64,000 bases of DNA, from contig CAYPPJ010000001.1 in assembly GCA_964412585.1 (NCBI GenBank), positions 149,334 to 213,333 of the forward strand, in the 5' to 3' direction. Shown here in pieces: positions 20,019 through 27,489 of the stretch. Positions within the stretch are counted from its first letter, which is position 1, and each line of letters opens with the position of its first letter. The notes under the pieces are model-generated. The model was not told where the DNA came from and searched no databases. It saw only the letters and a program-made list of their open reading frames with translations. The DNA comes from an uncultured Candidatus Saccharibacteria bacterium (lineage in GTDB: Bacteria; Patescibacteriota; Minisyncoccia; Phycocordibacterales; PALSA-1337). The position numbers and the translations under genes were made by a program.

Positions 20019-21200
20019 ATGGCCCGAAACATTATTACCGGAATCGACGTCGGCACATACCATGTCAAAGTGGTTATTGCGAGCACCAAAGAAAAGACGG
20101 AGCGCGGCCAACCAAAGATCATTGGCGTGGGTATCGCCGAGTCTCGTGGTATTCGCCATGGATACGTAACCAATGTGCGCGATGTAGCTGACAGTATCCG
20201 CTCTGCAGTCAGGATTGCCGAGGAAAAATCTGGTCTCAAGATTAGGAAAGCCTTCGTGGGCGTCGGTGGTATCGGACTCAGCGCCACTGCAGTCAATAGT
20301 TCTATCATTACCTCACGAGCCGATGCAGAGATTACCGAGCTCGACATTGCCAAGCTGCGTGAACAGTGCGAAAAAGACATGCCTCAAAATGCCAAGGCCA
20401 ACCGTCGTATTATCTACGAAATACCCGTCCAGTATAAGATTGACAATTTTCCTTCGCTTGGTGCACCTATCGGCATGACCGCAAACAAGATCGAACTCAA
20501 AACTCTCTATATCACCTGTCTTGAACACCATGTCGCCGATCTTATTGCTGCTGTCAATGAAGCGGGTATAGAAGTTGAGGATATTATGGCAGCACCGATC
20601 GCGGCTGCTTTTGTCACGTTGACCAAAGCACAAAAAATAGCCGGGTGTGTACTCGCAAACATTGGAGCCGAGACGGTGTCTATTGTAGTATTTGAAAACA
20701 GCATCCCTGCTTCGCTTGAAGTATTCCCTATTGGATCTACTGATATTACCAATGATATTGCCCTTGGACTCAAAGTTCCTCTCGAAGAGGCAGAGCAGAT
20801 CAAGATTGGAGCCATCACCGGTTCATCATATCCTCGCAAAAAACTTGAGGAGATAGTGAGCGCTCGCTTATATGATATTTTTGAACTGATTGAAGCTCAT
20901 CTCAAAAAAATGGGTCGTAACGGACTTCTACCAGCAGGTATCATTATCACTGGTGGTGGATCAGCACTCAACTCCATCGATGATCTAGCCAAAGCCGCAC
21001 TCAAACTACCGTCACGCATTGGTTCTATAGGCCTTATCGATGGTAAGTCTTCATTCAAGGACAATCCACTTTCCGTTGCGTATGGTCTCTGTATTTGGGG
21101 TGCACACGCTGATGATAGTTCAGAGATAGATACTTCTGGTATTATCTTGAAAAATATATGGAAACGCATCCAGCGCACCATGAAGCAGTTTTTGCCATAA
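20019..21200 (+). CDS. ftsA: cell division protein FtsA
   Basis: Actin-fold motifs GIDVGT...K, GAETVSIVVFENS, IITGGGSAL. Confidence 0.9.
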   Translation: MARNIITGIDVGTYHVKVVIASTKEKTERGQPKIIGVGIAESRGIRHGYVTNVRDVADSIRSAVRIAEEKSGLKIRKAFVGVGGIGLSATAVNSSIITSRADAEITELDIAKLREQCEKDMPQNAKANRRIIYEIPVQYKIDNFPSLGAPIGMTANKIELKTLYITCLEHHVADLIAAVNEAGIEVEDIMAAPIAAAFVTLTKAQKIAGCVLANIGAETVSIVVFENSIPASLEVFPIGSTDITNDIALGLKVPLEEAEQIKIGAITGSSYPRKKLEEIVSARLYDIFELIEAHLKKMGRNGLLPAGIIITGGGSALNSIDDLAKAALKLPSRIGSIGLIDGKSSFKDNPLSVAYGLCIWGAHADDSSEIDTSGIILKNIWKRIQRTMKQFLP

Positions 21201-21243
21201 ATTTCTACCTTCATTACAATAGAAAATAATACACCCCGCAGCG

Positions 21244-21272
21244 GCGACGCTGCGGGGTTTTTGGATCATGAG
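21244..21272. terminator. bidirectional rho-independent terminator
   Basis: CCCCGCAGC-ggcgac-GCTGCGGGG followed by TTTTT on the plus strand and A/T-rich on the minus strand. Lies between convergent ftsA and the 21279 gene. Confidence 0.6.
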
Positions 21273-21278
21273 ATCCTG

Positions 21279-22661
21279 TTACTTCTTCAACGCCTCAATG
21301 AGGAGCTTCGCAGCGTCCACCATCTCAGGCAGATTCTGCAGCTGGCCTTTGAGACTGATTCCCACACGCCCGATGACCGCGTACAACTGCTCTTCGGTCA
21401 TGTGAGTTGCCTTGGCAAGTGCGGCAGCCTTCTGCGGCGTGAAGTCATCCATGTTGGAGATCACGAAGATGGTCATGTCGCGATAGGCATTGACGATCGT
21501 GCCCATCACAGCCAACGAGGGTTTTGCTTCGGCCCGTTCAGGCTTGGGAGGTTTTTCACCTTTTGGTGTACGAGGCTTGTAGGGCCCGCGACTGGCTTTG
21601 CGGGAACCACTTTTCTCCGACGCGGTGCCAGCTTCATCCTTTGATTCGCCTGGCTTTTCCCCTGGCACGAATTCGTCCGGAATGGCCTTCGCCACAGCAT
21701 CAACCATGCGACCAAACTCGTTTTTGCCAGTGGCGTAACGAGCTTCAGCGCGCTTGAACACCGTCATGGCGTTACTTGCACTGGGCATGCCCTTTCCGAC
21801 CGCAATGTCGGCCCAAGGAACATCGAATTTCCGTGCCACGAAGACCACAGCTTCCTTGACCCGCGAATTGATGTCGCCAGATCCACGGACGCCGGTTGCA
21901 AAAACATCCGGATCCGCCTTGAGTGACTCGCAGAATGCGAGAATGAGGAACTCGATCAACGACCGAGGTTTCTTGGTTGCCATAGAATCACCGTTTCTTT
22001 CTTGGGGTTGTGCTGGGGCACTGACTGCGCCCCCAGCGTTTGTTGTTGCTTCGACAGGTTGCCGCCTCACCACCGTTTCCTCTGCCTTCTTATCGTCGGC
22101 CGGGGCTTCAGGTTTTGTTGGAGGCTTTTGGGCCACCACAGGAGGACGTAGTGGATCCGAAGGCTCCGGAGGAGCAGGCGACTCCACGAGCCGTGATGGA
22201 GGTGCTAGCCTCGGTGGAGCGATAACGCTACTGCCACCATTGAGACGAGCCTGAGACTTGTCCACAGGAAGGCAACTAAAGTGCCATTTCATGGGATGAG
22301 TCTTGCTCCGACATTCGAAGTCGAGCATTCCGTCGTCATTGACAGACTCAGGTGCGATGAAGATATCACCGTCATCAACCATGTTCATGGGTTTGTCTTC
22401 TTCGCCCATAAACCGAAAATCCCGTATCTGCCCTTTGCGATGCTGACCGAGGACGAGGAGATAGAGGTCATCTCCACTAAACGAAGCCGCTGCCCCCGCC
22501 TTATCTGTGGGGAAAAAGCTGTGGCGAATGCCGGCTTTGTGTAAAAAGTGAGCTGCCTTTGAATCCCGGCCAAGCTCAGCACCGTCGGAGACAAGGCGAA
22601 CCGTGTCTACCACCAAAACAATCTGACTAAGCGGAACCAACTCTGTCTGTTGTGAGCTCAT
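21279..22661 (-). CDS. hypothetical protein, GC-rich, with Pro-rich linker (possible degenerate metallophosphoesterase-like N-domain)
   Basis: 460 aa. N-terminus has GDDLYLLVLGQHR. The middle is PPRLAPPSRLVESPAPPEPSDPLRPPVVAQKPPTKPEAP. The C-terminus is alpha-helical. GC is clearly above flanking ftsA/ftsZ. Opposite-strand ORFs here look like antisense shadows. Confidence 0.55.
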   Translation of the reverse strand: MSSQQTELVPLSQIVLVVDTVRLVSDGAELGRDSKAAHFLHKAGIRHSFFPTDKAGAAASFSGDDLYLLVLGQHRKGQIRDFRFMGEEDKPMNMVDDGDIFIAPESVNDDGMLDFECRSKTHPMKWHFSCLPVDKSQARLNGGSSVIAPPRLAPPSRLVESPAPPEPSDPLRPPVVAQKPPTKPEAPADDKKAEETVVRRQPVEATTNAGGAVSAPAQPQERNGDSMATKKPRSLIEFLILAFCESLKADPDVFATGVRGSGDINSRVKEAVVFVARKFDVPWADIAVGKGMPSASNAMTVFKRAEARYATGKNEFGRMVDAVAKAIPDEFVPGEKPGESKDEAGTASEKSGSRKASRGPYKPRTPKGEKPPKPERAEAKPSLAVMGTIVNAYRDMTIFVISNMDDFTPQKAAALAKATHMTEEQLYAVIGRVGISLKGQLQNLPEMVDAAKLLIEALKK

Positions 22662-22812
22662 GGCTTGGGCCTTTCATTTTCATGGAGCCCCGAAATTGAG
22701 GATCCGATACGTCTGCGCAAAAACTACCACGCTCAACAACGGCTGGCAATAGTGTCAATAAATTTACAAAAAATATATCTGTGTCCTAATAACATATTCT
22801 TCCCCAGCCTCC

Positions 22813-22840
22813 TTGCACCCTTTTCATAACTTGATATGAT
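22813..22840 (+). promoter_or_regulatory. candidate ftsZ promoter TTGCAC-N16-TATGAT
   Basis: Hexamers about 130 nt upstream of ftsZ. Weak. Confidence 0.25.
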
Positions 22841-22967
22841 AGAGAACGTAATATCTATCACGACGTCACAGACGACCTCGGAGTTTGCACCCTGAATACC
22901 ACTGTCCGTAAGCAATCATCCGTCGGTCGCTTTTCTTTTCCCCTGATAATCAATTTAATTACCCATC

Positions 22968-24170
22968 ATGCCCAACATTACTCCCGATATCGAAGCATTT
23001 GCACGCATCAAAGTACTTGGCGTTGGTGGTTCTGGTGGCAATGCAGTCAACCACATGATCTCCTCGAAAGTTCGCGGCGTTGATTTTATTGCGATCAATA
23101 CCGACTCACAGGATCTCCATCGCTCTCTCGCAAAGAAACGCGTTCATATTGGAAAAAATATCACCCGCGGACTCGGTACTGGCATGAATCCAGACCTTGG
23201 ACGACGTGCCGTCGAAGAGACTCGCGACGAGATCCAAGAAGTTGTTAAAGGCGCCGACATGGTGTTCGTAACCTGCGGACTCGGAGGCGGTACAGGCAGC
23301 GGCGCAAGCCCTATGGTCGCACGTGTTGCCAAGGAGCTCGGCTGTCTCACGGTCGGCGTTGTCACCAAGCCATTCTTCTTCGAAGGTCGCCAGCGTTCGC
23401 GCATTGCAGAAGCCGCTCTTGAGGATCTTCGCAAAGAAGTAGACGCCATCATTGTTATTCCGAACGATCGACTGCTTTCAGCTATCAGCAAGGAAACCAG
23501 CGTCAAAAATGCGTTTGCTATGTGTGATGAGATTTTGCGCCAAGCAGTCGAAGGCATCTCTGACCTCATTACCACACCAGGTCTCATCAACATCGACTTT
23601 GCCGACATTCGTACTGTTATGGAAAATGCCGGCTCTGCCCTCATGGGTATCGGTAATGCTTCAGGGGAAAACCGCGCTATCGAAGCAGCAAAGGCAGCCA
23701 TTAACTCACCACTTCTCGATGTGTCTATTACAGGCTCAAAGGGCGTCCTCTTCTCTATTGCTGGTGGTGAAGATCTCACTATGTTCGAAATCCAAGATGC
23801 CGCAAAGGTTATTACCGAGTCTATTGACCCTGAGGCCAAAATCATCTTCGGTACTGTCCGCGATGACAAGCTCAAGAAAAATGAAATCAAGATCACTGTT
23901 ATTGCGACTGGTTTTCCTGAGAGCAACACCGCTTCACCACGCACATCTTCACCTGTTTCGGCTGAGCCAACGATCGCTTCGATCATGAAGAGTGCCGCCG
24001 AAAAGGGTGACCGCGGCGAACGACCAGAACGAGGCAAGATTTTCAATACCATGTCTGACGTCAAACGAGACGCGGTTCCAGAAAAAAAGGTTGAAAAAGA
24101 AGAGAAGAAAGATGACGATGATGATTGGGGTGCGATACCGGCGTTTCTCCGAAGAAGTAAGCTTAAATAG
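22968..24170 (+). CDS. ftsZ: cell division GTPase FtsZ
   Basis: Tubulin signature GGGTGSG and GVGGSGGNAVNHM. Acidic/basic C-terminal tail. Confidence 0.95.
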   Translation: MPNITPDIEAFARIKVLGVGGSGGNAVNHMISSKVRGVDFIAINTDSQDLHRSLAKKRVHIGKNITRGLGTGMNPDLGRRAVEETRDEIQEVVKGADMVFVTCGLGGGTGSGASPMVARVAKELGCLTVGVVTKPFFFEGRQRSRIAEAALEDLRKEVDAIIVIPNDRLLSAISKETSVKNAFAMCDEILRQAVEGISDLITTPGLINIDFADIRTVMENAGSALMGIGNASGENRAIEAAKAAINSPLLDVSITGSKGVLFSIAGGEDLTMFEIQDAAKVITESIDPEAKIIFGTVRDDKLKKNEIKITVIATGFPESNTASPRTSSPVSAEPTIASIMKSAAEKGDRGERPERGKIFNTMSDVKRDAVPEKKVEKEEKKDDDDDWGAIPAFLRRSKLK

Positions 24171-24176
24171 AAGAAA

Positions 24177-24200
24177 ATCTCCCCGCGCGGGAGATTTTTT
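24177..24200 (+). terminator. rho-independent terminator
   Basis: ATCTCCC-cgcgc-GGGAGAT followed by TTTTTT. Confidence 0.6.
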
Positions 24201-24227
24201 GTATAAATATGCTACAATAACCCGACT

Positions 24228-25148
24228 ATGACCTACGACCTCGCAATCATCGGTGGTGGACCAGCTGGAGCAGCTGCGGCTGTCTATGCGGCCCGAAAGC
24301 GATTACGCTCAGTTTTCATCACCAAGGACTGGCTTGGTCAGAGTAATGTATCGGAAAAAATTGAGAACTGGGTGGGCACTATTGCTATTTCTGGCCTCGA
24401 CCTTTCGGAGAGTCTAAAAAAACACGCCAAGGCTTACGCAGATGGCGTCATTGATTTCAAAGAGAATGAACTGGCCACACTCATTACCAAAAATGACAAA
24501 TTTTTCACTATTACTACAACCAAAGGAAGTTACGAGGCGAAAACTGTCCTCATCGTTTCTGGAAGCAGTCGCCGAAAATTAACTGTTCCCGGTGCAGATA
24601 CCTACGAACATAAGGGGCTCACCTACTGTGCTTCATGCGATGGACCTCTGTATGCAGACCAAGACGTTGTTGTCGTCGGTGGAGGTAATGCAGGTTTTGA
24701 GAGCGCTGCCCAACTTCTTGCTTATTGTAAGAGTGTCACTCTCCTCTCTCGTAGCGAGTTCAAAGCTGATCCAGGCACAGTCGAGAAAGTCCTTAAGAAC
24801 CCAAAAATGAAAGCTATCGAGTACGCTTCACCAAAAGAGATCAAAGGTGGTCAATTTGTTACTTCCCTTTTATATACCGAAACAAAATCAGGAAAAGACA
24901 CCGAAATTCCTGTTACCGGCATCTTCGCAGAAGTTGGATCGGTGCCAAATACGAGTTTTGTAAAAGACCTCATCAAACTCGACAAGATTAATCGTGTCGT
25001 TACTGACCCAAAGAATCAGCGTACATCAGTCGAAGGTATCTGGGCCGCTGGAGATTGTACTGACGGACTCTATCAGCAGAATAATATTGCCGCAGGTGAT
25101 GCTGTGAAAGCGGTCGAGGATATTTATTTGTTTGTGCACGCGAAATAA
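24228..25148 (+). CDS. trxB: thioredoxin-disulfide reductase
   Basis: FAD motif IIGGGPAGAAAA and redox-active CASCDG. Confidence 0.85.
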   Translation: MTYDLAIIGGGPAGAAAAVYAARKRLRSVFITKDWLGQSNVSEKIENWVGTIAISGLDLSESLKKHAKAYADGVIDFKENELATLITKNDKFFTITTTKGSYEAKTVLIVSGSSRRKLTVPGADTYEHKGLTYCASCDGPLYADQDVVVVGGGNAGFESAAQLLAYCKSVTLLSRSEFKADPGTVEKVLKNPKMKAIEYASPKEIKGGQFVTSLLYTETKSGKDTEIPVTGIFAEVGSVPNTSFVKDLIKLDKINRVVTDPKNQRTSVEGIWAAGDCTDGLYQQNNIAAGDAVKAVEDIYLFVHAK

Positions 25149-25150
25149 GG

Positions 25151-25178
25151 TTGACACGGAATAACTTTTTGTTATAAT
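25151..25178 (+). promoter_or_regulatory. consensus sigma70 promoter TTGACA-N16-TATAAT
   Basis: Perfect hexamers 3 nt after the trxB stop. No plus-strand ORF follows. Transcription would run convergent into the mazF-like 3' end. Confidence 0.55.
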
Positions 25179-25185
25179 TCAAATA

Positions 25186-25300
25186 CAAATCGCCCGTTCG
25201 TGGGCAGCGCCATTCGAAAGAAAGGAGAAAAGTACCTTCGGGCCCACTCCGTGAAAACGGAGGCACAGAGACAGAAAATCCGTCAAAGTAAATCTTTGGC
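25186..25300 (+). ncRNA. candidate small structured RNA (unclassified)
   Basis: No ATG anywhere in the segment. Contains a GCCCG-UUCG-UGGGC tetraloop hairpin, a CUCCG-ugaaaa-CGGAG hairpin and a terminal 14-bp hairpin (GAAAATCCGTCAAAG/CTTTGGCGGATTTTC). The GTGGGC/GCCCAC pairing is mutually exclusive with the first hairpin. Confidence 0.35.
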
Positions 25301-25675
25301 GGATTTTCTCACTAGCTCAAACAGACTCGTCTCTAAGTAGCATATTCTTTTAGTTAGTCTTTTCGTATCAATAACTTTCAATTGAGTAATAACCGCTGTC
25401 GCTGTTTTTCCGTTTACTATTCCTATTTGGATACGAAAATGGTGCCTGAGCTGAGAGGAAGTCAGGGGCACGACGAGACACGTCGTAGCACTTAATCCTT
25501 TTAGAATTAGAACTGGCCGTCTATATTCACTACTTTTACCGTCATACTCGTCACCAAGATTAACACCAAGAGTACACCACCAAATCTCCCTCTCGTGATA
25601 ATATCCATGAGTTTTACTGTCGTAATGAAGCCGCTTTTTTTGTGTATCCCACCCATCAAAATCTTTTACTATCAT
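25283..25675 (-). CDS. MazF/PemK-family endoribonuclease toxin
   Basis: EIWWCTLGVNLGDEYDGKSSEYRRPVLIL...LVVPLTSS and IDTKRLTKRICYL align to MazF/EndoA by eye. Confidence 0.8.
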   Translation of the reverse strand: MIVKDFDGWDTQKKRLHYDSKTHGYYHEREIWWCTLGVNLGDEYDGKSSEYRRPVLILKGLSATTCLVVPLTSSQLRHHFRIQIGIVNGKTATAVITQLKVIDTKRLTKRICYLETSLFELVRKSAKDLL

Positions 25676-26226
25676 AGAGATTTTGATGTCTTGTAATCAG
25701 GCCCCACGCACGCACCCCACAATCCTTTTTTGTTCTTTTTTGCCTCTTTCTCAATTTCTCTAAACTCTCGCTGATGCTGATATGGTGTACCAAACGTATA
25801 TTCGCGCGCATATCCTTCCTTGAGTAGTTGCTCATTCACAAACACATCTCCTAGAAATACATACGCCAAATAGCGCCCGTATTTATCCTTTTCCTCTCTA
25901 TCTGGATTTAGTTTCAGTCTGACTGATTGTTCAGTGAGTAAATGCTTGGTTTCATCTGATGCTGCTTTACCATAACACTGGATCGGTTTGCGGGGATCGA
26001 CGGTCTCAGGCGTATCTATGCCGAGCATGCGAACCGTTTCAACATGACGTCCAATTTTGACATTGAATGTATCACCATCTTTGACCTCTGTGACCTGATA
26101 AAGTTCATTCTCATCTATAGACGGACCAGTAAACGCGCGAACAATTACATACCCAGTAAACACACACGTGCACACAATAAGCACGGTAACGACGACGAGA
26201 AACGTCGTGATTTTCTTGTATTCCAT
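25672..26226 (-). CDS. membrane-anchored thermonuclease (staphylococcal nuclease/SNase-like)
   Basis: Start set at the internal ATG at 26226 (MEYKKITTFLVVV TM anchor), because the longer ORF overruns tRNA-Glu. SNase motifs GDTFNV, VRMLGIDTPE, YGRYLAYVF. Its stop overlaps the mazF-like start by 4 nt. Confidence 0.8.
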   Translation of the reverse strand: MEYKKITTFLVVVTVLIVCTCVFTGYVIVRAFTGPSIDENELYQVTEVKDGDTFNVKIGRHVETVRMLGIDTPETVDPRKPIQCYGKAASDETKHLLTEQSVRLKLNPDREEKDKYGRYLAYVFLGDVFVNEQLLKEGYAREYTFGTPYQHQREFREIEKEAKKNKKGLWGACVGPDYKTSKSL

Positions 26227-26261
26227 TTTTCGTAATGATGACGTTGCAGGCGTCTTCCCAG

Positions 26262-26333
26262 TAGCCCTACGGGGAATCGAACCCCGATTACCGCCTTGAA
26301 AAGGCGATGTCCTAACCGTTAGACGATAGGGCC
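26262..26333 (-). tRNA. tRNA-Glu (TTC), CCA not encoded
   Basis: Acceptor GGCCCTA/TAGGGCT, D arm GTCT-AACGGTTA-GGAC, anticodon loop TTTTCAA, T arm CGGGG-TTCGATT-CCCCG. 72 nt. Confidence 0.85.
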
Positions 26334-26415
26334 AAACGTGTGTCAGTATCCTACCATTTTTTGAAAAAATGGCAAAAAATGCTAAGGTATAGCGGTTCAT
26401 CACCGCAACTACCTT

Positions 26416-26502
26416 GGAGAGGTGGCAGAGTGGTCGAATGCACCGCTTTCGAAAAGCGGCAGGGGCGCAAGCTCCTCGGGAGTTCGAATCTCCCCCTCTC
26501 CG
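26416..26502 (+). tRNA. tRNA-Ser (CGA), long variable arm
   Basis: Acceptor GGAGAGG/CCTCTCC, anticodon stem CCGCT/AGCGG with loop TTCGAAA, a roughly 20-nt variable arm, T arm GGGAG-TTCGAAT-CTCCC. 87 nt. Confidence 0.85.
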
Positions 26503-26545
26503 CTTTTATTATTGACTTTACCAATACACACGACTAGACTTCACG

Positions 26546-27406
26546 GTGGTTGTGCTTAGGAATCCGTTCCGAACACAAATAACTGCCCTTAACAAAGTAA
26601 ACGAAAGTGAGCTGAAAATGGATACGTCCAGCAGCATCGTTGCAACAAACAGAAGAATCACACCGAGAGAATACCTCCTTGACCGATCAACAATCACCAC
26701 TACCGAGGTTCCTGCGAGTGAATGGGTCAGTATCATCAGGGGAATTCTCGAGAAGTGCAAACCTCAACTGAAGTACTTTGATGGCTTCAAGCCAATCAAG
26801 GATCTGTTCCCTGCGTTCCACACCTCGATTGTGTTGTGGCATCAGCAAACTATGCGCTTTATGTTTCCTGAGCACATGGACCGGATGGACTGGGATACTA
26901 AGATTTGCCACTTGAGTATTTCTGGAGACTGCACATTCTCGGGTTGGGTAAACGAATTCCCCCTACCAAGCGGGGCCATCGTCAACGGACAAAACGATCT
27001 GTGGCGATTGGGGCTCACGGGTGGACAAGTTTTTGTGAGACAAAGTCTGTATATGTCAAACAAGGGTGACCTCCTTGTAGCATCCTTTTTTCACTACGCT
27101 GCAGGCGATGAGGACAGCCTCGTAGACCTGTCAGTAGCCAGCGACAAGGTGCTCCAAGAAATGATTCTCCGATCCCATGGCACCATTATAGACATACTCA
27201 CCTCTCTCAGGAAGATGTTGTCTGAGGGTAATGAGCGTCGTGCCCGCCAGCTAGCGGACCATCGGACTTTGCTTGATTACCTTGAGAATGTCAGCACCCA
27301 CATCAATGTCCTTGTTCATTGTCAGAGGTGTGGTGGCTCAAAAGAACGCTGGCGTGATTGCCCTCACTGTGAAATACAAGGCACATTTTCGTTTATGAAA
27401 AAGTGA
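26546..27406 (+). CDS. hypothetical protein with C-terminal zinc ribbon (CxxC-x11-CxxC)
   Basis: 286-aa ORF ending ...HCQRCGGSKERWRDCPHCE. No recognisable catalytic motif. The start may be the internal MDTSSS. Confidence 0.5.
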   Translation: MVVLRNPFRTQITALNKVNESELKMDTSSSIVATNRRITPREYLLDRSTITTTEVPASEWVSIIRGILEKCKPQLKYFDGFKPIKDLFPAFHTSIVLWHQQTMRFMFPEHMDRMDWDTKICHLSISGDCTFSGWVNEFPLPSGAIVNGQNDLWRLGLTGGQVFVRQSLYMSNKGDLLVASFFHYAAGDEDSLVDLSVASDKVLQEMILRSHGTIIDILTSLRKMLSEGNERRARQLADHRTLLDYLENVSTHINVLVHCQRCGGSKERWRDCPHCEIQGTFSFMKK

Positions 27407-27418
27407 CTCCAGTCCTCG

Positions 27419-27449
27419 CGGCAAGGCTTCGGCCTTGCCGTTTTTATTT
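27419..27449 (+). terminator. rho-independent terminator (UUCG tetraloop)
   Basis: CGGCAAGGC-ttcg-GCCTTGCCG followed by TTTTTATTT. Confidence 0.7.
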
Positions 27450-27489
27450 CCCCACTTCCCTTCACAGATAAAAAGAGTATTATAGAAAT

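Noticed and set aside
21261-22544. Plus-strand ORFs 21261..21644, 21754..22254 and 22281..22544 opposite the 460-aa gene
   Set aside because: A GC-rich region yields long ORFs in several frames. The plus-strand translations are Ser/Ala/Gly/Arg low-complexity junk, whereas the minus-strand ORF is longest, contiguous and protein-like.
23144-24064. 306-aa and 178-aa ORFs (23144..24064 minus, 23452..23988 plus) overlapping ftsZ
   Set aside because: Antisense or alternative-frame shadow ORFs inside a strongly supported ftsZ gene. Ser/Arg/Ala-rich translations with no domain motifs.
25186-25300. Assignment of the structured RNA to a known family (SRP 4.5S RNA, 6S RNA, tmRNA, riboswitch)
   Set aside because: Length and motifs do not fit. 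It has no SRP domain IV GGAA/AGCAG motifs, is too short for 6S/tmRNA, and no downstream plus-strand gene exists for a riboswitch. Kept only as an unclassified candidate.
26227-26403. N-terminal 59-aa extension of the thermonuclease ORF
   Set aside because: It runs straight through tRNA-Glu (26262-26333) and has no TM or signal logic, whereas the internal ATG at 26226 starts a proper TM anchor.
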